Positions 37,387-48,960 of a stretch of DNA of 64,000 nt are shown piece after piece. The notes under the pieces were generated by a model. That model worked only from the letters and a program-made list of their open reading frames with translations, had not been told where the DNA came from and made no database searches. The stretch spans positions 1,488,001 through 1,552,000 of the forward strand of contig NC_043007.1 of NCBI RefSeq assembly GCF_006345805.1, given 5' to 3'. How positions within the stretch are numbered: position 1 is the first letter of the stretch; each line of letters begins with the position of its first letter. The DNA is from Octopus sinensis. Lineage: Eukaryota. The position numbers were made by a program, and so were the translations under genes.

Positions 37387-37439
37387 CATGGTCAGGTACA
37401 ATTTGTTGAGGCAGATTTCTTTATGGTTGGGAGCCTTTA

Positions 37440-37745
37440 CTGTTGCTGACCCTCACCTGTTTCCAAGCAAGGTAATATTCCTGCTTGGCCAGACATGTTT
37501 TTCACAGAAGACCCATCAGACCAAGTAAAACCACAATCATGGCAGGTACCAGTGTCACACAAATGGCACCCATGCCAGTGGCACACAAAAGCACCCATTA
37601 CACTCTTGTAGTGGTTGGCATTTGGAAGGGCATCCAGCCATAGAAAACCATTCCAAATCAGACTGGGGTCTGGTGTAACCTTTCCAGCTTGCTAGCCTTG
37701 GTCAAACCATCCAACCCATGCCAGCATGGACAATGGATGTTAAAT
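37440..37745 (+). mobile_element. RTE-tail-related copy
   Basis: GTGGCACACAAAAGCACCC...GGAAGGGCATCCAGCC...CATGGACAATGGATGTTAAAT. Confidence 0.7.
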
Positions 37746-37896
37746 AATGGTAACTGCTTGCATGATAGTGATGCTTATTTTTATAACCACCAAACGAAGT
37801 CAAGGCAAAGGTACACACGAACACACACAGACACATATGTACATACTATGGGATTCTTTCAGTTTCTATCTACCAGATCCACTCACATGGATTATA

Positions 37897-37953
<57 letters not shown>

Positions 37954-38775
37954 CACACATGCTCACATATATACATAAATATATGTACACACACATATAC
38001 TATATGTATATGTTTTATATATATATATATATATATATAAAACATATACATATGCATATACATATACATACTCACACACATGTATACATACATACATATA
38101 TACATACATACATGCACATAGATACGCTTATGTCCACTGGAAATTTGACAGAACGTTTCTTTTAATAAATGTGTGATACGACGTCACATGACAAACATTA
38201 AGAAAAAATCCTCCAAAAGACCCCCCCCCCAAAAAAAACATCCATAATGAGAGCGGAATAAAGCAGAGTATATTGACAAGGTGTTAATGATAAACCTGTG
38301 GTTTTCTTTGTCTGTAAAGCTAAAGCATGACTTTCTATAGACATTTCAGTATTAGTCAAGAAAATCAAATCATTTCTAGGAAATGAATGGAAGGGGGACG
38401 GGCGGAAGCCTTCGAAGCATAAAACTATTGCAGATAGAAATATCTAGAACTTGTTTTGTTTTTTTTTTTTGTTTTCTTTGAAAGTACTAACAATGAAATC
38501 TCAATAATCTGTTTGGATTAATGAAATAAAAGCTTACAGAAACTGATAAGCTGTTAAAAACAGCAAGAAGCACACAAACAACAAGACAAAAAGGAAACTA
38601 TGAAGCAGAAGTAAGTGACATGGTATCAGGGTGGGGGGTGGGATCTTGAATTACACATCTGGCAAAATATCACAGCTCATATCTGTCAACGATGAACATT
38701 GCTATAAAGACATTATCTCTCCTCCCTCACACACACACACACACACACACGTATATATATGTGTAAGTGTGTGAA

Positions 38776-39093
38776 GGCATGTGGCTCAGTGGTTAGGGGC
38801 ATTCCGCTCAAGATCGTAAGGTCATGAGTTCAATTCTCAGTGACATGTTGTGTCCTTGAGCAAGACACTTTATTTCACGTTGCTCCAGTTCACTCAGCTG
38901 GCAAAAATGAGTAGTACCTATATTTCAAAGGGCCAGCCTTGTCACACTTTGTGTCATGCTGAATCTCCCTGAAAACTATGTTAAGAGTACTCGTGTCTGT
39001 GTATTGCTCAGTCACTTGTATGTTAATTTCATGAGCAGGCTGTTCCATTGATCGTATCACCTGGGACCCTCGTCGTCGCAACCGACGGAGTGC
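38776..39093 (+). mobile_element. SINE family C (tRNA-like head, V/Meta-like middle)
   Basis: A-box TGGCTCAGTGG, B-box GAGTTCAATTC and GTGTCCTTGAGCAAGACACTTT..CACTCAGCTG central motif. Single copy in the window. Confidence 0.7.
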
Positions 39094-39114
39094 TTCTTTA
39101 TATATATATATATG

Positions 39115-39257
39115 GGTGTCAGGAAGGGCATCCATCTGTAGAAATCTGCCAGATCAGATTGGAACCTGGTGCATCCTTCTGGCTCACCAGTCCTCAGTGA
39201 AACCGTCCAACCCATGCCAGCATGGAAATTGGACGTTAAACGATGATGATGATGACG
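39115..39257 (+). mobile_element. RTE 3'-end copy, tail-to-tail with the LINE at 39286
   Basis: AGGAAGGGCATCC...GGACGTTAAACGATGATGAT. Confidence 0.9.
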
Positions 39258-39285
39258 ATATATAGAAATATATATATATATATAT

Positions 39286-40699
39286 CATCATCATCATCAT
39301 CATCATCATTTAGCGTCCGTTTTCCATGCTAGCATGGGTTGGACGGTTCTACTGGGGTCTGTGAAGCCAGAAGGCTTCATCAGGCCCAGTCAAATCTGGC
39401 AGTGTTTCTACGGCTGGATGCCCTTCCTAACGCCAACCACTCCGTGAGTGTAGTGGGTGCTTTTTACGTGCCACCCACACTGGAGCCAGACAGAGCTGGC
39501 AAACGGCCACGAACGGATGGTGCTTTTTATGTGCCACCGGCACGAGGGCCAGGCGAGGCTGGCAACGGACACGAAACGGGGCGGTGCTGGCAACGGTCGC
39601 GAAACGGAAAGTTCTCTTACATGCCACCGGCACTGGTAACACATCTGCAATTTCCATTGATCGATTTCCATTGATCGATTTCGATTCTGATCCTCACTTG
39701 CCTCAATGGGTCTTCACAAGCAGAGTTTCGACATGCCACCGGCACTGGTAGCACATCCGCAATTTCCATTGATCGATTTTGATTCTGATCCTCACTTGCC
39801 TCAACACGTCTTCACAAGTAGAGTTTTGTGTCCCAAGAAGGGAAGGTATGCATATGTAGGCTGGCTCCATCCCATGTAGAAGGCCACGGGTTGTGGACTC
39901 ACTTGTCCTGCCGGGTCTTCTCGCGCACAGCACACTTCCAGAGGTCTCGGTCTCTAGTCATTTCCTCAGTGAGACCTAAAGTTCGAAGGTCGTGCTTCAC
40001 CACCTCGTCCCAGGTTTTCCTGGGTCTGCCTCTTCCACAGGTTCCCTCAACCGCTAGGGTGTGGCACTTTTTCACACAACTATCTTCATCCATTCTCGCC
40101 ACATGACCATACCAGCGCAAACGTCTCTCTTGCACACCACAACTGATGCTTCTTAGGTCCAGCTTTTCTCTGAAGGTACTTACACTCTGCCGAGTGTGAG
40201 TACCGGCATTACACATCCATCGGAGCATACTGGCTTCATTTCTAGCGAGCTTACGCATATCCTCAGCAGTCACGGCCCATGTTTCACTGCCATGTAGCAT
40301 GGCTGTTCGTACACACGCATCATACAGTCTGCCTTTCACTCTGTGCGAGAGGCCTTTTTTCACCAGCAGAGGTAAGAGCTCTCTGAACTTTGCCCAAGCT
40401 ATTCTTACTCTAGCAGTTACACTTTCAGCACACCCGCCCCCGCTGCTGACTTGGTCACCTAGGTAACGGAAACTATCAACTATTTCTAGTTTTTCTCCCT
40501 GGAAAGTGACGGAAGTTGGTCTCAGAGCATTTTCAGTGTTTATTGTTCCTGAGCATCTGCCACATACAAAAACCATCTTCCTAGTTAGCCTTCCTTTGAC
40601 ATTGCTGCATCTCTTATGTGTCCATAGCTTACACTTGGTGCATCTTATAGAGTTTCTACCTACACCTTTTCTACAGATCGAGCAGGGCCATCTACCTAT
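39286..40699 (-). mobile_element. RTE-clade LINE, 5'-truncated (~1.4 kb): PHD-type finger, RT end, ORF2 C-terminus (stop 39899-39901), repeat-containing 3' UTR, (GAT)n tail
   Basis: Uninterrupted frame ...EIVDSFRYLGDQV...ARVRIAWAKFRELLPLL...KGRLYDACVRTAMLHGSETW...RRLRWYGHVARM...RGRPRKTW, which are RTE hallmarks. Confidence 0.95.
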
Positions 40700-40702
40700 A
40701 TA

Positions 40703-40753
40703 AAACCCATGCTGCCATGGAAAACAGACGTTAAACGATGATGATGATGATGA
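40703..40753 (+). mobile_element. Short RTE 3' tail joined head-to-head to the LINE
   Basis: AACCCATGCTGCCATGGAAAACAGACGTTAAAC(GAT)n. Confidence 0.85.
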
Positions 40754-41337
40754 TATATATATCAATATTTTTTCCAAATTTCTGTAAATGTGTATTGAAT
40801 AATATATCAGTTGAATGAATTTAAAACATGGTCTAGTTTACACATTTTTATTATGGTATTTAAAACCAAGATTTTTTTTACGATGTTGAAATGTGTTAAG
40901 CATTAAAAAAATATATTGTAATGTTTATAAAGTTCAATTAACGCTTTCATACGTTTGTAGAAATCATCAGATTTCAAAATGTATTCAACTGACAGCTGAG
41001 TTCTTGGCAAGTGTAGTAAAGTGACGGACTTGTTCCTTTTTGTGTCCCTTAGAAGGCTCCAAGAAGCTGAATTTTTGGAATATGGTTTTGACCAATCTGC
41101 ATGCATAGCACCTTGAGCAAATGTCTTTTACAGTCTTGGGCTGAGCAAAGCCTTGTGAGTGGATTTATGTATGCATGTGTGTGTGTGTCTGTTAGGCAAG
41201 CAAGTATACTCTTGGTTTCCCACATTCTTCTTGCTGTGGCATCCATGGTTGCTTCTGCTTTTGTCACCTTTGCAGTTTTTAAAAAAAACCTACCATACAA
41301 AATGGTAACAGGGAATCCTTTAAAAGCATTTCTAAGA

Positions 41338-41512
41338 ATGATCTTAGTCTGCCGCTATGTTCTGAGTTAAAATTCTGCCAAAGTCGACTTTATCTTTGAT
41401 CCTTTCGGAGTTGATAAATTAAGTACCACTCCCATACTGGGGTCAATGTAATTGGCTGGCCTCACTCCCCCAAAGTTTCAGGCCTTGTCCTAATAGCAAG
41501 GATTATTATTAA
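41338..41512 (+). mobile_element. SINE family B, 5'-truncated
   Basis: GTTCTGAGTTAAAATTCTGCC..TCCTTTCGGAGTTGATAAATTAAGTACC and (ATT)n end. Confidence 0.8.
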
Positions 41513-41559
41513 GGATTATTTCCTAATAGAAAGGATTATTATTATTATTATTATTATTA

Positions 41560-41608
<49 letters not shown>

Positions 41609-41913
41609 CATAGAGAAAACTGTCCCTGTTCCCACACAGCATTACAAACATGTCCTGCACACCCACTTTCACTGTCCATGTCTACCATTGGGATTAATCA
41701 AATACCGGACAAGGATTCTGAATTATTTCTCCTGGCTTTTTACTTAATTTTTGAGAGTTTTTGGGTTCACTTTTATTCTTGTTTGTGCGAACTGTTCAGA
41801 TATTCTCATTTTAAAAATCATTTCTGGCTAAATCATTGAGAGGATGTTGGTGTTGCTTTGGCAGAGGTTGAGCTTTCTGAGTGCTCTTGGTATTACTATT
41901 GTTATTATTACTA

Positions 41914-41952
<39 letters not shown>

Positions 41953-41954
<2 letters not shown>

Positions 41955-42093
41955 AGGTTGTCCCAAAAGTTCGTAGAAAGTCTTGGAAAATAATGGTCTT
42001 TATTTTGAGGAATAATTTTTGTTGTTTTTGTTAGTACTTGGCGAGTAAAAATTCAATTTTCGCAAGTGTTTACGAACTTTTGGGACAACCTAA
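41953..42093. mobile_element. mariner-type MITE inserted in (ATT)n
   Basis: Perfect 21 bp TIR AGGTTGTCCCAAAAGTTCGTA (41955-75 / 42071-91) with TA-rich flanks. Confidence 0.85.
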
Positions 42094-42124
42094 TATTATT
42101 ATTATTACAATTATTATTATTACA

Positions 42125-42178
<54 letters not shown>

Positions 42179-42279
42179 TGTGAAGGAGGGAATCTTGAAA
42201 AGTCGTTCATTTTTATCTATTTCACTGTGATAATGACAGTAATATAATAATGATAATAATAATGATGATGATGATGATG

Positions 42280-42321
<42 letters not shown>

Positions 42322-42480
42322 GCTTTTGAATTGCCTAAACATATTTTAACCTTAATTGATTTCATAAGAGCAATATTGGATTTTAATTTCAGAATTATGG
42401 AAATCAGATAAGTTTTTGCAATAAAGAAAGCTTTTCTTATTTTTTTTATCAAATTATCAAAATAGAAATAGAGAGAGAGA

Positions 42481-43551
<1,071 letters not shown>

Positions 43552-43649
43552 TTATATATTCCGAATAATAAAAGAATTTATCATCATTGTTAATATTTTT
43601 GTTGCTGCTGTTGACGGTTTTGTCATGGTTCCTCCTCCTCCTCCTCTGC

Positions 43650-43685
<36 letters not shown>

Positions 43686-44265
43686 AATATATAAATGAAA
43701 ATGAAAATGGAGTTCACATGATGTGTCTCACAAAAGAAACTCGCACACCTATCAGATGATGGAGAATGGTTTCTAAAGATTCCTGTTATCATTTAATACA
43801 GTGAGTCTTTAAAAAAAGCTGCATGGTGGCAGTCACAGCATATTGCGACTTGCAGGGGACGGCGATGAGGAAGCTGAGTGTATATATATATATATATATA
43901 TACATCAGTTGCATATTAGATATGCACGCACACAAAGTATGAAAGCTACGAAAACAATGAGAAAGAAAAAAAAAATGGTTTAAAAAATAATTAGCAGGAT
44001 TATATTTCTATTAACATTCAGATTCGAATAACAATTGACTAATGATGTTAAGAAAGAAAATTAAATGAAAAAAAAAAACAAAACCTAATCAGTTTGAAAT
44101 TCTGTACTTTTCTGTAAAGAATGTTTTGTTTTGAGATTTACTTCTCATTCTTTTTTCTCTCCCACTCGTCTCTGCTTCTCCCCCTGCATTGTGTCTGTTT
44201 TACATTTACATATCTCTGTCTTTCTTATTTGAATAAGCTCTCTGTGTGTGTGTGTATATATATAT

Positions 44266-44606
44266 GTCGCCAGCCAACCTCGCCTGGCCCCCGTGCCGGT
44301 GGCACGTAAAAAGCACCATCCGTTCGTGGCCGTTGCCAGCCTCACCTAGTACCTGTGCCGGTGGCACGTAAAAAGCACCAATCCGATCGTGGCCGTTTGC
44401 CAGACTCGTCTGGTACCTGTGCCGGTGGCACGTAAAAAGCACCCACTACACTCATGAAGTGGTTGGCGTTAGGAAGGGCATCCAGCCGTAGAAACATTGC
44501 CAGATCAAACTGGGCCTGGTGCAGCCTTCTGGCTTCCAAGACCCCAGTTGAACCATCCAACCCATGCTAGCATGGAAAGCGGACGCTAACCGATGATGAT
44601 GATGAT
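44266..44606 (+). mobile_element. RTE 3' UTR copy, young, with three identical 25 nt repeats
   Basis: GTGCCGGTGGCACGTAAAAAGCACC at 44293, 44355 and 44419, then consensus tail and (GAT)n. Confidence 0.92.
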
Positions 44607-44769
44607 AAAGCTGAAGTTGTCTGTGTATGGCAGGTTTGGTAGCCTTCAACTAACACTATCTCCTCCGAGACCCTGTGGCACAAGTTGACCAAAATTGAGA
44701 GTATGATAGAAGAAGGCTTGCTCTTCATTCTGTAGAAGATAAAATTCAAATTGGACCATATTAAGACCA

Positions 44770-44980
44770 AAAATTATTTACATCAAAAAGGTGCTTTTTT
44801 TCTATGAAAATCCCTATTTTTTACGATTTTTTTTACTGCTCTGTCGCTATTTTTCGGAGTATTTCAACCAGAAAAATGTTCACTTAAAAAGAATGACAAA
44901 CTACATAATGCCAAATTTTTACTTTTCAAAAATTCTAAAGGGTCAAAACAAACCCGAGCATCACCGGGCGATACTGCTAG
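44770..44980 (+). mobile_element. Helitron-like 3' terminus
   Basis: GC hairpin CCCG-AGCATCAC-CGGG (44953-68), 8 nt, then CTAG (44977-80) followed by T. The 5' end was not located. Confidence 0.55.
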
Positions 44981-45356
44981 TATATATATAAAATTCAAAG
45001 AGAGCTAGAGGTTGTGAATCCAACTAAGTAAGGGATAGTATATATCCAATATACTGCTGGTAGAATACCCAATTATTGATATACAAGCGTTGGTTATTGC
45101 ATGACAATTATACTGTTGAGTGTAATAAATGAGTAAGGGTAACAAGTGGTTTTACCCTTGGTTTATACGGCAAGAAGGAAATGGAGGGGATCCAGAGATG
45201 GTATGCATCAATTGTTAGACATTATATTATGTCTATTTATTTATTTTAAACAATTATGAGAATATAATATACATATTTAAGGATTGTGTTTTACTTATGT
45301 ATAACTACCAGTAATTTCTAGAATAGAGAAAGAAGAATATTTCTTCGTTCTCTACG

Positions 45357-45387
<31 letters not shown>

Positions 45388-45409
45388 CATGTGCATATAG
45401 TCATATACA

Positions 45410-46285
45410 TAGAAGGTGCGATGGGTAAATTGTTGCCATTTTATATTTTTACTTTCGTGCATGTGCATTGTTTGTTTTTTATTTTGTTGACTACACAGTA
45501 TAGTAGGGTCAGTTGGGCACTGTCTGTGAGAAAAACAGCACCATGATGCATTTCACTTTGCCAGAAATTTGGAAATGACATGCTATATTGCTTGGTATTC
45601 ATGCTGGAACCTCCAATATGAACATTTCAGAATGTTTGGGATTAAATCAGAGGACGGTGCATGTACTGAGAATGATAAAAATCAAACATCCAGTGAACAT
45701 CATGGTGTTTGGAGTGATTACTAGTTTTGGTGATATTATGCCTCCATTCTTCATTCCACATGGCCTCAGATTCAACATGGCTATGTCAAGTGCCTGGAGG
45801 AGGTAGTGCTACACTGGGTCAAGAAGGTGGCTGCTGGAAGACCCTATATCTGGCAACAGCACTCTGCACCATGCCACACAAGCAGGAGGACCCAGTCATG
45901 ACTATCAGACAATTTCTGTGACCACAACACCTCTAACATCTGGCCTCCTAACTCCCCAGATTGCAACCCCCTCGATTATTATGTGCAGGGCGTAGTTGAG
46001 CGAGTGACTAACAAAATTCGTTGTAACACCAAAGATGAATTGAAGGCAAGGATTATGGCAGCATTCACCAACTTAAACAAGAAGACCATCCAGAAGAGTT
46101 GCAGGAGATTCCAAAGTTGTCTGGAGGCTATGGTTGAAGCCAAGGGTGATTTTATTGAATGAAGTTACTCTTTAATATTTAAAAATATTTCTATGTAATT
46201 TTGGTAAATATATCTGTTAGAATGAGATTCCAGTGTTATTTTGATTTTTGCATAACTTAGACGACAATATATTCACCGCACCCTG

Positions 46286-46287
<2 letters not shown>
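45410..46287 (+). mobile_element. Tc1/mariner DD37D (maT-type) transposon relic with internal deletion
   Basis: WQQ(D>H)SAPCHTSRRTQS*LSDNF...WPPNSPDCNPLDYY gives 37 residues between the second and third catalytic positions. Degenerate ~28 bp TIRs with TA ends. Confidence 0.85.
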
Positions 46288-46336
<49 letters not shown>

Positions 46337-46340
<4 letters not shown>

Positions 46341-46559
46341 CTTTACTACCCACAAGGGGCTAAACACAGAGGGGACATACAAGGACAGACAAATAGATTA
46401 AGTCAATTACATCGACCCCAGTGCATAACTGGTACTTAATTTATCGACCCTGAAAGGATGAAAGGCAAAGTCGACCTCAGTGGAATTTGAACTCAGAACG
46501 TGACGGCAGACGAAATACGGCTACGCATTTCACCCAGTGTGCTAACGTTTCTGCCAGCT
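46337..46559 (-). mobile_element. SINE family B, near full length
   Basis: Reverse complement of the 5705-5939 consensus. Confidence 0.9.
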
Positions 46560-47298
46560 ATATATAGTTATATTTGTGACATCTAATTATTCCATAGAAA
46601 TTATAAAATATTTAAACCTCTGAACAGAAAACTCAGAGGGAATACTTTTTTTTACCTGTGCCAAGATAATCAGACCTTGTTGTCGTTCTGTGGTAAGGAC
46701 TTGTTGTTGTTGTCTTTTAATAATTTATTTCTTAATCTTGTACATAACTCTGCTGAGAATAAACTAAACACGTATTTTTGGTTGACAGTTGGTGTATTTG
46801 ACAGCTATTCTATTCTTAGTTGGCAGCATATAATGACTAGCATAGAATTTTTTTTTAAAATTATGTTTAACAATCTAATCAAATAATCTTGGTTACTAAT
46901 TATCATTGTTCATATTTTTCTAATTTATAGTTATTTCTTGGCTTGATGGCTTCTCCTTGACTTCTTTGTTTGCTTATTTCAACTCCTTTCTTTTTTTTAT
47001 TTTCGTATTTTTTTTATTTCTAGAAATATCTGAAATACACTTGAACTTCTTTGATCTCACATTGATCAATAAATAAAGCTCATATGTTAAATTCACTTGA
47101 GAAACATTTTTCTGTTTGACTTTTTTTTTTTTCCACATTATGATGTAACTAATCCTATATTTTTCGAATAGAATAGGAAATATGAACTGAAAGAAACCGG
47201 GAAGTTTTGCGATAGATGAAAATAGATGAAAATAAAGATTTCACTTCCTCAAATTCTTATTGTGTTTGCGGTTGAGTTTGTTTTCCTTTATATATAAT

Positions 47299-47486
47299 AG
47301 GTGTAGCCATGGCTGTTTGGTTAAGAAACTTGCTTAACAATTGCTAGGATTTAGGTTCAGTACCAAGGTGTAACACTTTGGGGCCAGTCTTTTACTAAAG
47401 CTTTGGGCCAAGCAATGCTGTGTGAGTCAATTTGTTAAATAGAAATTCTGTATAAGTCCTTCATATATACATGTGTGTATGTATGA

Positions 47487-47530
<44 letters not shown>

Positions 47531-47777
47531 TTAAGAAGTTTGCTTTCCAACCACATGGTTTCAGATTTAATTCCACAGCATAGCACCTTGGGCAAGTTTC
47601 TTCTGTTGCTTTATGAGTAGATTTAATTGATAGAAACTGAAGGAAGCTTGTATGTATAAATATGTGTGTGTATGTGTGTCTTTGCGTCTGTGTTTGTCCC
47701 CCAATTGGTATTGATGTGTTTACACCTCCATAACTTAGCAGTTTGGCAAAAGAGAGACTGATAGAATAAGTACTAGG
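47299..47777 (+). mobile_element. SINE family A, diverged or composite
   Basis: Head motifs twice, (GT)n and TTGGCAAAAGAGAGACTGATAGAATAAGTACT. Confidence 0.65.
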
Positions 47778-47990
47778 TGGTGACCTGGCAGAAACGTTAG
47801 CATGCTGGGCAAAATGCTTAGCGGTATTTCATCTGCAGTTACGTTCTGAGTTCAAATTCTGCCAAGGTCGACTTTGCCTTTCATACTTTCGGGGGTCAAT
47901 AAATTGAGTACCAGTAATCAACTTAATTCCTTTGTCTGTCCTTGTTTGTCCCCTCTGTGTTTAGCCCCTTGTGGCCAATAAAGAAATAAG
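47777..47990 (+). mobile_element. SINE family B, full length
   Basis: GGTGGTGACCTGGCAGAAACGTTAGC...GCCCCTTGTGGCCAATAAAGAAATAAG. Confidence 0.88.
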
Positions 47991-48499
47991 AATAAGTAGT
48001 AGGTTTAAAAAGTCTTGGGGTTGATTTGTTTGCCCAAACCATTCCAGACATTGTACCAACATGGATGTAGACCAGTGGCTGAAACAAATAAAACAGAAGA
48101 ATAATATGTCAACAATGAAAATTATCTTAGATTTCATGTTGGCAAAGGACTTCAAGAATCACTTCATGAGACATTCAAGCAGTCAAAACAACATTTATGA
48201 GAAATTTGACTCTACCTTAAGTATTGAGCCTCTCCACCAGTAAATGTTCTGTTGTTATTCTTAAAATCACTTTGGTTCTGAAGCTCATGGATTCAGGTTC
48301 GATACCCCTGTGTGACACTTTGGGCGAGTGTTATCTGCAATTTCTCCAAACTGATGAAAATATTGTGAATGGATTTGTTAGACAGAAACTGTCCTGTATG
48401 TGTGTGTGTGTGTGTTTGTTTACATTTATTCTTCTTTGAAAATCACTGAGCTACAAGCTGTGGAATTGTCATGTACCCATTAGTAAATTATCCACTGGC

Positions 48500-48960
48500 T
48501 TGACACCTTCAAAGATGTGTGGAATAAATGATCTCTTATGTGGAAAACACATAATGGTTAGTTAGTGGCAGGAAGGGTATCTGGCTGTAAAACAATGCCT
48601 CAATAATGTATTCATTTAACCCATGGTAGCATGGAAAAACACATGAAAGACCAGGCTCCGGTCTGTTCAGGCTTGGTTTCTACAGCTGAATGCCCTTCCT
48701 AATGCCAGCCACTTTACAGGGTGTTTTGGGTGCTTTTCATGGGGCACGAGCACAGGTGCTTTTTACCTGTCACTGGCACTGGTCCCTTTTATGATTCACT
48801 GGCATGGGTGTCCTTTATGTGCCACCAGAACTGGCCATGATTTCACTGAACTTGGTGTATCTTCTCAAGCACAGGGAATCACCAGAAGTCTTAGTCACTT
48901 GTCATCATGGCTCCATGAGGCTCAGCAACCAGAGATCATATTTCACCATCTCTTTCCACA
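48500..48960. mobile_element. Two old RTE-tail copies tail-to-tail (48500-48640 +, 48645-48960 -)
   Basis: GGAAGGGTATCTGGCTGTAAAAC on +; CAGCTGAATGCCCTTCCTAATGCC on -. Confidence 0.6.

Noticed and set aside
38776-38850. tRNA gene calls for A-box/B-box sequences (also family A and B heads)
   Set aside because: No complete cloverleaf, and they continue into SINE bodies.
44293-44443. CRISPR array call (three identical 25 nt palindromic repeats with 37-39 nt spacers)
   Set aside because: The spacers are homologous to one another, there are no cas genes, the context is eukaryotic, and the array is part of an RTE 3' UTR. Kept only as a structured tandem repeat.
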